A DNA stretch of 64,000 nucleotides, taken from the NCBI GenBank assembly GCA_963766735.1, contig CAVYBU010000002.1, forward strand, positions 128,001 through 192,000, given 5' to 3'. A program made the position numbers and the translations under genes. Positions 9,114 to 18,532 of this stretch are shown piece by piece. Source of the stretch: an uncultured Chloroflexia bacterium (lineage in GTDB: Bacteria; Chloroflexota; Limnocylindria; Limnocylindrales; CSP1-4). Each line of letters begins with the position of its first letter. Within the stretch, counting starts at the first letter, position 1. The notes below the pieces were generated by a model, which was not told where the DNA came from, did no database searches, and saw only the letters and a list, made by a program, of their open reading frames with translations.

Positions 9114-10252
9114 ACGGCGGGCGCTCCTGGCTTGACACTGGCGTTGGGGGCTGGGTCGATCGGGTCGGTGCCGGCGGCGACCGGGACCGCGTCACGCCCG
9201 CGACCGTGGAGGATCTGGCCCAGCGACCGCATGCCGCCAGGCTGCTCGTCCAGGGTGGTCAGCCGCTCGGGTTCGGGGAGGCGGACGGCCGGCACGGCCG
9301 CGGCCAGGGCGGCCGCCTCGGCGGGCTCCAGCGGACCTGCCAGGGCGGTCGCCAGGAACCGGGCAACGGCGCCCCGGTAGGCCGGGAACTCGTACAGCCA
9401 GGAGTGTCGCCCGCCCGCGACGACCATCGTCTCGGTCACCGCGTGTGGCCGGGCGGCGCGCCGAGCGGCTGCCAGCCGCGACAGGTGTGCCACCGGCACC
9501 GCGCCGTCTTCGTCCCCATGGACCAGCATCACCGGGACCTCGATCTCGCGGATGGCCCGCGTCGCACTCACGGACGGGATGGTGTGGCCGCGCGGGCGCA
9601 GGTAGACCCGGGTGGTGAGCCAGGCCAGCGGCCACGCGATGGGGTCGGGGATCGGGAGGCGGGCGAGCCGGAACGTCTGGCGTGTCAGGCGGTATGGGTC
9701 CGCCGGCGTCGCGACGGCGATGACCGCCGCGATGTCCGGGTCGGCTGCGGCGGCGACGAGCGACCCGGCTGCCCCCATCGAGTGGCCGAGGATCGCGACC
9801 CGGGACACCTCGGGGCGGGCGAGCATGGCGGCGACCGCAGCCCGCGCATCGGCGGCGAACTCGCCCACCGACATCGGCAGCGTCTCGGGACCGTTGGCGC
9901 CGTGGCCGCGGACATCGAACGTGAGGACGTGGAACCCTGCCGCGTGCAGGACCTGGGCGTGGGGGAGCGTGCGGTCACGTGCCGACTCCCAGCCGTGGAC
10001 GAGGACCACGCCCGGGGCGCGGGCCGGCCCGGCCGGGATGAACCAGGCGGGCAGGCGAAGGCCGTCCGGCGTTGGGACCTCCAGGGTCTCGTAGGTGAGG
10101 TCCAGGGCGTCCGGCAGCCAGGCCGGCGGGTGCCGGTGCGGGTAGCCGGCCCGCACGCGGTATACGAGTGCAAAGCGGTACGCCAGCGCGAGGGGCAGGG
10201 CGGCGAGCGCGGCGGCAATCCCGGCGCGACGGGCGGTTCGGCGTGGTGTCAT
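9110..10252 (-). CDS. Alpha/beta hydrolase with an N-terminal membrane anchor
   Basis: VLVHGW, FDVRGHG, GHSMG nucleophile, VHGDEDGAV and GGRH motifs. Start trimmed to ATG 10252. Confidence 0.88.
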   Translation of the reverse strand: MTPRRTARRAGIAAALAALPLALAYRFALVYRVRAGYPHRHPPAWLPDALDLTYETLEVPTPDGLRLPAWFIPAGPARAPGVVLVHGWESARDRTLPHAQVLHAAGFHVLTFDVRGHGANGPETLPMSVGEFAADARAAVAAMLARPEVSRVAILGHSMGAAGSLVAAAADPDIAAVIAVATPADPYRLTRQTFRLARLPIPDPIAWPLAWLTTRVYLRPRGHTIPSVSATRAIREIEVPVMLVHGDEDGAVPVAHLSRLAAARRAARPHAVTETMVVAGGRHSWLYEFPAYRGAVARFLATALAGPLEPAEAAALAAAVPAVRLPEPERLTTLDEQPGGMRSLGQILHGRGRDAVPVAAGTDPIDPAPNASVKPGAPAV

Positions 10253-10312
10253 CGGCACAATCGGAACCCGGCACGGCGCGCTTGTCAAATGGCGCGGGCT
10301 ACACTCAAGGGC

Positions 10313-11074
10313 GTGCCCCCCAAGGAACCCCACGCCGTCCTCGGCGTCGAACCCGGTGCCTCTCCGGATGAGATCAAGGCCGCTTGGCGTGCGCTCGCGC
10401 ATCGCCACCACCCGGACCTGACCGGGGACGATCCCGAGAATGCCCTGCGCGCCACGCGCCGCATGGCAGAGATCAACGCGGCCTATGCGGCGCTCACCCG
10501 GGCGGGCGAGACGAATGAGAGCCGGCGTGGGCGGCGAGCGCCCGGCAGCTCACCGGGCGGTTCCACCACGCCCGGTGCTGACCCGGGCCGGGGCACCCGC
10601 GGCAGCCGGGTGGGTGGCCCGCCGCCCCCACCGAGGACGCGTCCGGTCACCGGGCGACTGGACCTCAGCGATACCGTCCGGCCGCGCAACCAGACCACCA
10701 CACCACCGGGCGTCCGCTTCCCACTCACGGGGCAGCCACCGCTCCGCTGGGACCGCTCGTCGCCGGAGTTGCGCGCATCGCAGCCGTCGGGGCCGATGGA
10801 GCGGGACTGGCTCCCCGGCCACGTGCCGCCGGAGCCGCCCACGCTCGAGGAGGCGCTGGAGCTGGAAGTCACGTTCGGCAAGTTCCACGGCCACACGCTG
10901 GGCGAGATCGCCGCCTTCGAGCCGTCCTACATCGACTGGGTGGCCGGAACGGTCACGCGGGACCCGGACCTGGCGATGGCGGCGCGGGTCGTCGCGGAGG
11001 AGCTGGATCGACGGGGGATCCGGAGGCCCCACCGACCGTCGCGCCCGGGCTGGCAGACGAACCCGTACCAGTAG
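10313..11074 (+). CDS. J-domain (DnaJ-type) protein with a C-terminal FGKxxG...YIDW small domain
   Basis: PHAVLGV...EIKAAWRALAHRHHPD...INAAYAAL, then VTFGKFHGHTLGEIAAFEPSYIDWV. TACACT lies 7 nt before GTG 10313. Confidence 0.85.
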   Translation: MPPKEPHAVLGVEPGASPDEIKAAWRALAHRHHPDLTGDDPENALRATRRMAEINAAYAALTRAGETNESRRGRRAPGSSPGGSTTPGADPGRGTRGSRVGGPPPPPRTRPVTGRLDLSDTVRPRNQTTTPPGVRFPLTGQPPLRWDRSSPELRASQPSGPMERDWLPGHVPPEPPTLEEALELEVTFGKFHGHTLGEIAAFEPSYIDWVAGTVTRDPDLAMAARVVAEELDRRGIRRPHRPSRPGWQTNPYQ

Positions 11075-11146
11075 CTGGGCACGGCCGTCTGGCTCATGGA
11101 GCATCATCGGCCCATGCGTTCGGCGGAAGCCCCGCGCGGACATGAA

Positions 11147-11174
11147 TGCACCCCCGGGAGACGCCGGGGGTGCA
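11147..11174. terminator. Perfect 11-bp stem-loop, probable terminator
   Basis: TGCACCCCCGG-gagacg-CCGGGGGTGCA downstream of the J-domain gene and of the candidate RNA on the other strand. Confidence 0.6.
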
Positions 11175-11259
11175 GCGAGTTCGATCAGTCCTGCCGCCCC
11201 ACGCCCAGGCCTGCTGGCCGGATCGCCGTGGTTACTCGGCTCGTGGCTGGGAGCCCGGT

Positions 11260-11395
11260 GCCCCCGTGCCGTCGAGCGTCCCCGACGGCCGGGTAGTCCG
11301 GCCCTCCGGCCCGTGGCCGACGCCCCAGGTTGCCCCGAGTTGTCGTGAGGTCGGCGCGCTTCGAACGCAGAGCCAACGTACGGGCACGGTGGTGG
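11260..11395 (-). ncRNA. Candidate structured ncRNA, 6S-like rod
   Basis: 5' CCACCGUGCCCGU pairs with 3' ACGGCACGGGGG. Inner stem GCCGAC/GUCGGC is capped by CUCGGG-GCAA-CCUGGG. Side hairpin GGCCGG/CCGGCC. A CATAGT -10-like box sits at 11400-11405. Pairings were found by eye only. Confidence 0.4.
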
Positions 11396-11587
11396 AGCCA
11401 CTATGGGTCGCGTGTACGGGTTCCCATGGTGGCGATGGTCAGGCGCACCGCGGCACCGCCCGGACCATCGACGAAACCCCCCGGCGACCATCGGACCCCG
11501 TAGGTACTTCTCCCCATCGGGTATCGCGGCGATCTCATGGAACGTCGTTCGCGGCGCATTCCCGGCACCGCCGGTACGCTCAGGCCG

Positions 11588-12172
11588 ATGTCACGAACAG
11601 GCCTCCTCGCCACCGCGCTCCTGCTGGCGATCATCGTCGCGGCATGCGGATCGGCCATCCGCATTGTCAGCTTCGATCCCGCCTCACCATGCACCACCGA
11701 CGGTCGGCAGCCGGGCGCGTACCCGGACCTCGAGGCGGTCGTGCCCACCACCTATGAGGGCGAGGCGCCCGACAGCGTGGACTCCGGGCGGAGCTGCACG
11801 CCAGGCGCGCTCGGCACGCTGGCGGCGCGCGGGATCGAGGAGCTGCGGTTCGCAGGAGCGACGTGGGGGCTTGGTGGGACGAGCGGGCTGACCGTCGCCG
11901 CCTTTGAGGCCGATCGGCTGGACGCGGCGGCCATGATCGAGTTCTACGAGGAGGGCGCCAGGAGCAACCGCAAGACCGAGAAGATGCAGGCGTCGGACAC
12001 GACGGCCGCTGGACGGCCGGCGAGGCGTCTCGACGTGCTCCAGTCGGACGGCGCCTACCAGACGATCGTCGCGTGGCCATCGGGGATCGACGGGCGGGTG
12101 ATGGTCCTGCTGGCCGCGGACCTCGGCGACACGAAGGTCGCGGCCGCGGTGGAGGAGTTCGCTGCGCCCTGA
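11588..12172 (+). CDS. Putative lipoprotein
   Basis: MSRTGLLATALLLAIIVAA-C signal peptide and lipobox. TACGCT lies 7 nt upstream. Confidence 0.75.
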   Translation: MSRTGLLATALLLAIIVAACGSAIRIVSFDPASPCTTDGRQPGAYPDLEAVVPTTYEGEAPDSVDSGRSCTPGALGTLAARGIEELRFAGATWGLGGTSGLTVAAFEADRLDAAAMIEFYEEGARSNRKTEKMQASDTTAAGRPARRLDVLQSDGAYQTIVAWPSGIDGRVMVLLAADLGDTKVAAAVEEFAAP

Positions 12173-12206
12173 TGTCGTCCGGGGCGCGTGCTAGAGTCGG
12201 CCGACG

Positions 12207-13997
12207 ATGAGCGACCGAGCCGACGCCTGGGCCGAACGGCGGCAAGCCTGGCGGATCGAGCGTCTCAACCCCGCGCTAGCGCGCCTGCCGGAGCGCAGCG
12301 ACCGCTTCGTGACGCTGGGCGACATCCCCGTCGAGGGCCTGTACGGCCCGTGGGACTGGGACCCGGCCGAAGACCCCACGGGTGCTGGTGAGCCGGCCGG
12401 CCCCGGCGGCCCCACCGCGCTGGACCACCTCGGCAGACCGCTTCGTGACGGTGGCGGCCGATACGTCGACTTCCAGCCGGCGCGCGACATCGGTCTGCCC
12501 GGCGAACCCCCGTTCACGCGCGGCGTCCACCCCACCGGCTACCGCTCCCGCCCCTGGACCATGCGTATGTTCGCCGGGTTCGGCAGCGCCGAGGACACCA
12601 ACGCCCGGTTCCGCCAGCTGCTCGACGCCGGCCAGACCGGTCTCTCGATCGCCTACGACATGCCCACCTTGTACGGCTACGACACCGACGACGCGGAGGC
12701 CGAGGGCGAGTTCGGCACCTGCGGCGTGGCCGTCAGCAGCCTCGCGGACATGGAGGTCCTGGTGTCGGGCCTGCCGCTGGACCGGGTCAGCACCTCGATG
12801 ACGATCAACGCCCCGGCCGCGCCGATCTGGGCGATGTACATCGCGGCAGCCGAGAAGAAGGGCGTCCCGCGGGCGCGCCTCGAGGGCACGACCCAGAACG
12901 ACATCCTCAAGGAGTACGTCGCCCAGAAGGAGTTCCTGTACCCGCCCGCGCCGTCGATGCGACTGGTCACCGACACGATCGAGTTCGGGACGCGGGAGAT
13001 GCCGCGCTGGAACACGGTCTCGATCAGCGGCTACCACATCCGCGAGGCGGGTTCGACCGCCGTCCAGGAGCTGGCATTCACGATCGCCGACGGCATGGCG
13101 TACGTGGAGGCTGCCCTCGCCCGCGGCCTTGCCGTGGACGACTTCGCCCCGCGCCTCTCGTTCTTCTTCAACAGCCACAGCGACTTCTTCGAGGAGATCG
13201 CGAAGTTCCGTGCCTCGCGCAGGATCTGGTGGAAGCTGATGACAGAGCGCTACGGGGCCACGGAGGAACGGTCCGCCTGGATGCGCTTCCACACCCAGAC
13301 GGCGGGCGTGTCGCTCACGCCCCAGCAGCCGCTCAACAACCTGACCCGGGTGGCCACCCAGGCGTTGGCCGCGATCCTCGGCGGGACGCAGAGCCTGCAC
13401 ACCGATGCCTACGACGAGGCCCTCGCTGTGCCCACCGCCGAAGCCGCCCTGCTTGCCCTGCGCCAGCAGCAGATCCTGGCCGAGGAGACGGGCGTGGCCT
13501 CCACGGTGGACCCGCTGGGCGGCTCCTGGTTCGTGGAGTCCCTGACCAACCGGGTCGAGCGCGAGGTCTGGCGCTACCTGGACGAGATCGATGCCCGTGG
13601 CGGCATGGTCGCGGCCATCGCGGAGGGGTACCCGCAACGGGAGATCGCGGACGCCGCCTACCGCTACCAGCGCGAGTTCGACGCGGGGGAACGGATCGTG
13701 GTGGGTGTGAACCGCTTCCAGAACGCGGAACCGATCCGCGTGCCAGTCCTCCAGGTGCCGGAAGGATCGCAGGAGCGGCACCTTGCCCGGCTGGAGCGGA
13801 CGCGGGCGGAGCGCGACGCGGGCGCGGTCTCGGCGGCGCTGGCAGGTCTGCGCGATGCGGCGTCGCGGCCGGAGTCCAGCGAGACGAACCTGATGCCGCA
13901 TTTCCTGCGGTGCGCAGAGGCCTACGCGACGCTCGGCGAGCAGTGCCGGGTGCTGCGCGATGTCTTTGGGGAGTACCGCGAGCCGGTTTCGGTCTAG
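12207..13997 (+). CDS. icmA: Methylmalonyl-CoA mutase family large (substrate-binding) subunit, isobutyryl-CoA mutase-like
   Basis: [43 protein letters not shown] and LGGTQSLHT motifs. No B12-binding domain. Phe/Gln specificity residues. Confidence 0.9.
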   Translation: MSDRADAWAERRQAWRIERLNPALARLPERSDRFVTLGDIPVEGLYGPWDWDPAEDPTGAGEPAGPGGPTALDHLGRPLRDGGGRYVDFQPARDIGLPGEPPFTRGVHPTGYRSRPWTMRMFAGFGSAEDTNARFRQLLDAGQTGLSIAYDMPTLYGYDTDDAEAEGEFGTCGVAVSSLADMEVLVSGLPLDRVSTSMTINAPAAPIWAMYIAAAEKKGVPRARLEGTTQNDILKEYVAQKEFLYPPAPSMRLVTDTIEFGTREMPRWNTVSISGYHIREAGSTAVQELAFTIADGMAYVEAALARGLAVDDFAPRLSFFFNSHSDFFEEIAKFRASRRIWWKLMTERYGATEERSAWMRFHTQTAGVSLTPQQPLNNLTRVATQALAAILGGTQSLHTDAYDEALAVPTAEAALLALRQQQILAEETGVASTVDPLGGSWFVESLTNRVEREVWRYLDEIDARGGMVAAIAEGYPQREIADAAYRYQREFDAGERIVVGVNRFQNAEPIRVPVLQVPEGSQERHLARLERTRAERDAGAVSAALAGLRDAASRPESSETNLMPHFLRCAEAYATLGEQCRVLRDVFGEYREPVSV

Positions 13998-14019
13998 CCG
14001 TGCGCGGTACGATGCTGGC

Positions 14020-14505
14020 ATGTATCTCGACGCCCTCTCCTTTCTCGAAGACGAGCGCGACGCCTTTCGCGCCTACCAAGAGCTCGACGCGCTGAACGAC
14101 GAGCAGCTGGACATCCCGGTCGCCGCCGCCGGCGGCTGGTCCGGCCGGGACCTCATGGGCCACGTGATCCTGTGGCAGGAGGCGGCCCTGGCCACGGCGA
14201 AGGAGCTTGCCCTGGGGGACCGGAGCCCGACGATGGAACGCCTCGAGGCCCAATGGGCTTCCGCGCCGGACGCCGGCGACGCCATCAACGAGGAGGGCCT
14301 GGCCCGCTTCCGCGCGATGCCGATCGCCGAGGTTCGCGAGCGCTTCCGCACCGTCTCCGGCGAGCTGCGCGGCTACTTGACGGTGGTGCCGGAGTCGCGC
14401 TGGATCAAGCACTCGACGCACCAGGAGTACTTCTTCGGCGAGACCACCGAGCACTACCAGGAGCACCAGAAGGAGCTCCGGGCGATCCTCGAGGCCGTCT
14501 CCTGA
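14020..14505 (+). CDS. DinB/DUF1706-like four-helix bundle protein
   Basis: GWSGRDLMGHVILW...EHYQEH pattern. TACGAT lies 6 nt before ATG 14020. Confidence 0.75.
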   Translation: MYLDALSFLEDERDAFRAYQELDALNDEQLDIPVAAAGGWSGRDLMGHVILWQEAALATAKELALGDRSPTMERLEAQWASAPDAGDAINEEGLARFRAMPIAEVRERFRTVSGELRGYLTVVPESRWIKHSTHQEYFFGETTEHYQEHQKELRAILEAVS

Positions 14506-14927
14506 GCGGGCCGGAGGGTAACGGCCACCTGCCCGAGTTCGGCGAGGACGAGGCCGACGAGGATCAGCCGCTCGACGCCGTCGAAGCCGCGGAGGGCGCC
14601 GCCGCCGCCGATGAGGAGGCGGACGAGACCCTGGACGAGCGGGTAGAGGCGGTGATCGAGGAAATGGACGGCGTCACCCGGGAGCGGGACGGCGAGTCGA
14701 TCTCCTATGCCGCCGGCGGCCGCGTGTTCGCGGTCCTGATGCCGGATCTCCTCGAGGTGGCGCTGGATCCGGCAATCGCGACGGCCGCGCTGCGCACGCC
14801 CGACACGCAGGCTTCGTCCCGGGGCAAGGGGTGGATCGCGTTCACGCCGGACGGGATCGACCGGTTCGCGCTGGACCGTGCGGACTCGTGGGTGCGGCTC
14901 GCCCACCGTCGCGCGACGGGCGGCTGA
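14502..14927 (+). CDS. Hypothetical protein with an acidic N-terminus and a YjbR/TfoX-like C-terminal domain; start codon uncertain
   Basis: Clean reading frame (ISYAAGGRVFAVL...KGWIAF...SWVRLAHRRA). Only a CTG overlapping the upstream TGA would include the acidic N-terminus. Confidence 0.65.
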   Translation: MSGPEGNGHLPEFGEDEADEDQPLDAVEAAEGAAAADEEADETLDERVEAVIEEMDGVTRERDGESISYAAGGRVFAVLMPDLLEVALDPAIATAALRTPDTQASSRGKGWIAFTPDGIDRFALDRADSWVRLAHRRATGG

Positions 14928-15023
14928 TCGAGGCAGCGGATCGCGGCGCCGCACATGGAACGACCCCGGTTGGTGACCGGGGTCGTGATGTGTCTGCGGG
15001 TCCGGGTGAGCCGGACCTGAGGC

Positions 15024-15365
15024 TCAGACCTTCGGCGCCACGAGCGTGGAGAGGTCGAACGCCTGCTCGAGCTGGTCGAGCGGCCGGAACCCGACGACGC
15101 CCTGCGGCTGGGAGCCGGGCTTGAAGTAGGCGATGGTCGGGATGCTCATGATCCCGTACTTCTGTGAGAGGCCCGGGTTGGCGTCCACGTCCACCTTGAC
15201 CACGTCCACGACGCCGTCGTACTTCTCCGCGAGCTTGACCATCTCGGGCGCGACCATCTTGCACGGCCCGCACCAGGCGGCCCAGAAGTCGACCACGACC
15301 GGCTTGTCGCTGTTGATCACCAGTGCGTCGAACGTCTCGTCCGTTGCGTTCCTGATTTCCGCCAT
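15024..15365 (-). CDS. trxA: Thioredoxin
   Basis: VVVDFWAAWCGPCKMVAP and YGIMSIPT motifs. AAAGGAG SD upstream. Confidence 0.95.
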   Translation of the reverse strand: MAEIRNATDETFDALVINSDKPVVVDFWAAWCGPCKMVAPEMVKLAEKYDGVVDVVKVDVDANPGLSQKYGIMSIPTIAYFKPGSQPQGVVGFRPLDQLEQAFDLSTLVAPKV

Positions 15366-15412
15366 GGGGCGGCTCCTTTCTCCCGCGCGAGCGGCGGGAC
15401 CAGTCCGGCCCG

Positions 15413-15709
15413 TCAGCGGGCGATGGCCTGAAGTAGCTGGCAAGCCTCGAGAACCCGGGGGTCCGCGAGGCGGTAGTAGATCGTGTTCCCGTCCCGGCGA
15501 GCCGTGACGAGACCCGCCGAGCGCAGCACCGCAAGGTGCTGGCTCATGTTCGGGACCTGACAGCTGACCCGCGACGCGAGGTCGCCCACGGAGACCTCGC
15601 CCGAGGCAAGGGACTCCAGGACGCACAGGCGTTTGGGGTCCGCGAGGGCTCGCGCGACGACGGCGGAGCGCCGGCGCTCGTCCTGGGTGGTGGCGGTCAG
15701 GTCGATCAC
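15413..15709 (-). CDS. ArsR/SmtB family transcriptional regulator
   Basis: RALADPKRL...NMSQHLAVLRSAGLV...TIYYRL. Confidence 0.92.
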   Translation of the reverse strand: MIDLTATTQDERRRSAVVARALADPKRLCVLESLASGEVSVGDLASRVSCQVPNMSQHLAVLRSAGLVTARRDGNTIYYRLADPRVLEACQLLQAIAR

Positions 15710-15715
15710 GGGCCA

Positions 15716-15747
15716 AGTGTCTCACTTATTGCGCAACAACGCAAGTG
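15716..15747 (-). promoter_or_regulatory. Sigma-70 promoter of arsR-trxA with an overlapping inverted-repeat operator
   Basis: Minus strand TTGCGT-17 nt-GACACT-6 nt-GTG. The inverted repeat TTGCG-caacaa-CGCAA covers the -35 and the spacer. Confidence 0.6.
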
Positions 15748-15808
15748 GGGGTTTGTGGCGGCGTCCCGATGCGCGGCGAGCCGCGTCCCGGAGACGCATA
15801 CTCGCCGG

Positions 15809-16825
15809 ATGAGCGAGAGTCCTGTCACCGTGGCCGGCATCCGCGCGACGCGGGCGACCCTGGCCGGGCGAGTCCACCACACGCCGATGCTGTCGTCGAT
15901 GACGGCCGCCGGGGTGGCCGGAGTCGCGGTCGGGGAGCGGCTCGGAGACGGTCGCCTCTACCTCAAGGCCGAGCACCTCCAGAAGACGGGGTCATTCAAA
16001 CCACGGGCCGCCTTCGCCCGCCTCTCGTCGCTGGGCGAGGACGAGCGGAGCCGGGGCGCGATCACGATCAGCGCGGGGAACGCCGGCCAGGCCTACGCAT
16101 GGGCAGGGCGCGAGCTGGGCGTGCCGGTGACCGTGGTGATGCCCGAGGGTGCCGTCGCGTCCAAGGTGGCGGCCTGTCTCGAATACGGTGCGGAGGTCGT
16201 GCTCCGCGGCACACACGTCGGAGAGTCGCTGGAGCACCTGCAGCTGATCCGCGAGGAGCGCGGCCTGGTGCTCGTGCACCCGTACGACGATCCGGAGGTC
16301 CTGCTCGGCAACGGCTCGTGCGGCCTGGAGATTCTCGAGGACCTGCCGGACGTGGATGTCGTCGTGGTCCCCGTTGGCGGCGGCGGGCTGATGGGTGGCG
16401 TCACAGTGGCCCTCATGGAGAGCCGCCCCCGGGTTCGCGTCTACGGCGTTGAGCCCATGGGATCGGACGCGCTGCGACAGGCGGTTGCGGCAGGGATGCC
16501 GGTTCCGGTGACGCCGGTGAGCGTCGCGGACGGCCTCGGTGCGCCAATCGCGGGCCGCCTCGCCACCGACATCGCCAGGCGCTACCTGGAGGACGTGGTC
16601 GTCATCGACGATGCCACGATCCTGGTGGGGCTCCGGTTCTCCGTGGAGCGGCTCAAGCAGGTTGTGGAGCCCGCGGGTGCCGCGGCGCTTGCCGCCGTCC
16701 TGGCTGGAGCGATCCCGCTCCGCGGGGGTGACCGTGTCTGCGTGATCCTCTCGGGTGGCAACGTGGCGGTGGAGCGCCTGGGCGACCTGCTCGCCAGCGC
16801 CTTGCCGCCGCCCGTGCAGCGCTGA
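15809..16825 (+). CDS. Threonine/serine dehydratase family PLP enzyme
   Basis: LKAEHLQKTGSFKPR, SAGNAGQ, PVGGGGL, VEPAGAA and LSGGN motifs. Confidence 0.92.
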   Translation: MSESPVTVAGIRATRATLAGRVHHTPMLSSMTAAGVAGVAVGERLGDGRLYLKAEHLQKTGSFKPRAAFARLSSLGEDERSRGAITISAGNAGQAYAWAGRELGVPVTVVMPEGAVASKVAACLEYGAEVVLRGTHVGESLEHLQLIREERGLVLVHPYDDPEVLLGNGSCGLEILEDLPDVDVVVVPVGGGGLMGGVTVALMESRPRVRVYGVEPMGSDALRQAVAAGMPVPVTPVSVADGLGAPIAGRLATDIARRYLEDVVVIDDATILVGLRFSVERLKQVVEPAGAAALAAVLAGAIPLRGGDRVCVILSGGNVAVERLGDLLASALPPPVQR

Positions 16826-18085
16826 TGACCGGCCCGGGGGCGCCGCGGGGGCGCCGCGGGCGGCGCGTTGCCACCTGGCCTCCCGCCGGCGCCGCGCAGT
16901 CCCGGCCCTGCTGCCGGCGCCCGCCCCATCTTCGACGGCACATTCGTCGGCCCGATGCTCCCGCCGCTGCCTCCAGCTCCGCCGCCACCAGGACCCGGCT
17001 GGATCCCGGCCTACCCGGGACCGCCCTTCGCGCCGCCCCCAACACCACCCCCGCCGACCGACGCGGTCCTGGCGATCCCGCTCACCATCCGCGGCCTGGT
17101 CAAGGAGTCGCTGGACATGCTCACGCGCTCGGACAGCGGGCTGCGTGGGGCGTCCTTCTACATCGGGTTCATCATGCTGGTGACGGTCGGCCCGCTGCTC
17201 GCCCTGCTCGCCCTTGTGATCGCCGGCCAGGGGGAGGCAGTCTTCGGTTCCATGCCCGCCACCGGCTCCACCTTCGATCCCGAGCCGGCAGATCTGGCCT
17301 GGGCGGGATGGATCGCCCTCGCGGCCATCCCGGGCATGCTCGGCTACATCGCCGCAACCGTCGAGGCGCGGACGCTGGCCACGGCCGTCATCGGGGCGCG
17401 GGCGGAAGGGCGGCCACTGCGGCTCACCGAATCCATCGCGCTCGCCCGCAAGGGGTTCTGGCCGGTCCTGGGCCTCCAGGTCCTCGTGGCGATCATCTCG
17501 TCGTTCGCCGCCCTGGTCGTCTCGATGGCCGTCCTGTTCGTCCTCGGGCCGGTCGAGCCCATCAGCTACGGCCTTCAGCTGGCGCTCGGCCTGCTCATCG
17601 GGACGCCCGTCGTCTACGTGCCGGCCGCCGTCGTCCTGGGCGGGACGGGCATCACGGAGTCGCTACGCCGCTCCTTCCGCCTGGTTCGCGCGCGGAAGAG
17701 GCTGGCGATCGTCGTCACGCTGTTCGGGCTCATCTCGCAGTTTGTCGTGCTGTTCGGACTGTCCGCGGGTCTGGACGCCGTCGCGCGCTTCATCGTCGGG
17801 ACCGGGCTAACCGAGAGCTTTCCACCACCGCTGGCGGTGCCCATCGCGGCAGCCTTCGTGTTCGCGATCGGCACCCTGGTGTTCCTGGTGGAGGCGATTG
17901 CCGCGGCGCCGCCGGTCTACGCGTTCATCGCCCTGACGCAGTACACGTTCGGCCTGGAAGCCGGCCGGCAGTCTCCGGTCAGGCTGCGGCACTCCTGGGA
18001 CCCGTGGCTGACCCCGGGGCTGGCGCTCGTTGCGTTCCTGGCGATGCTGGCGCTCCTCGGCGGGGTCCTGTCGCTGTCTGGTTGA
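16825..18085 (+). CDS. Multi-pass membrane protein with a Pro-rich N-terminus; true start either ATG 16825 (with a frameshift) or TTG 16868
   Basis: About 7 TM segments and a ..ESLRRSFRLV.. motif. ATG 16825 overlaps the upstream TGA and is one base out of frame across G-runs. Confidence 0.75.
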
Positions 18086-18091
18086 GGTGCC

Positions 18092-18511
18092 TCAGTCGAT
18101 CCCGAGCTGGGCCAGCCGGTCCTCGTCCTCGATTCCCAGGTGGTGCGCGAGCTCGTGGAGGATCGTGATCCGCACCTCGTCCGCAAGGTCCTCGGGATCC
18201 GGGAAGTCTTCCTCGAGCGGCAGCCGGAAGATGATGATCCGGGTCGGCACGGGGACCGAGTCGCCGCCCCACTCGCCCAGGGGCACGCCCTCGTAGAGAC
18301 CGTAGAGAGTCTCATCCAGCTTGAGGCCGTTCTCGCGCAGCTGCTCCGGTGAGGGCTCGTCCGCGATGACCAGCGCGATCCCGTCCAGCGCCGCGCGGAA
18401 CGGGTTGGGGATGCCGGCGACGGCGCGGTCCACCAGGCGGTCGAACCGCTCGTGGTGCCCGGGGCGCGCGTGGCGGCCGGTGCGGGCGGATCCTCGACGG
18501 CGCTTGGTCAT
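18092..18511 (-). CDS. Zincin-like metallopeptidase (Zincin_1/DUF1025)
   Basis: LYGLYEGVP, RIIIFRLP and ITILHELAHHLGI (HExxH) motifs. Confidence 0.9.
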   Translation of the reverse strand: MTKRRRGSARTGRHARPGHHERFDRLVDRAVAGIPNPFRAALDGIALVIADEPSPEQLRENGLKLDETLYGLYEGVPLGEWGGDSVPVPTRIIIFRLPLEEDFPDPEDLADEVRITILHELAHHLGIEDEDRLAQLGID

Positions 18512-18532
18512 GGCACGGGTATCGTAGCCGCG
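18512..18532. promoter_or_regulatory. Bidirectional overlapping -10 boxes
   Basis: TATCGT (+, 18520-18525) and TACGAT (-, 18526-18521) lie within a 21-bp gap between divergent ATGs. Confidence 0.6.
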
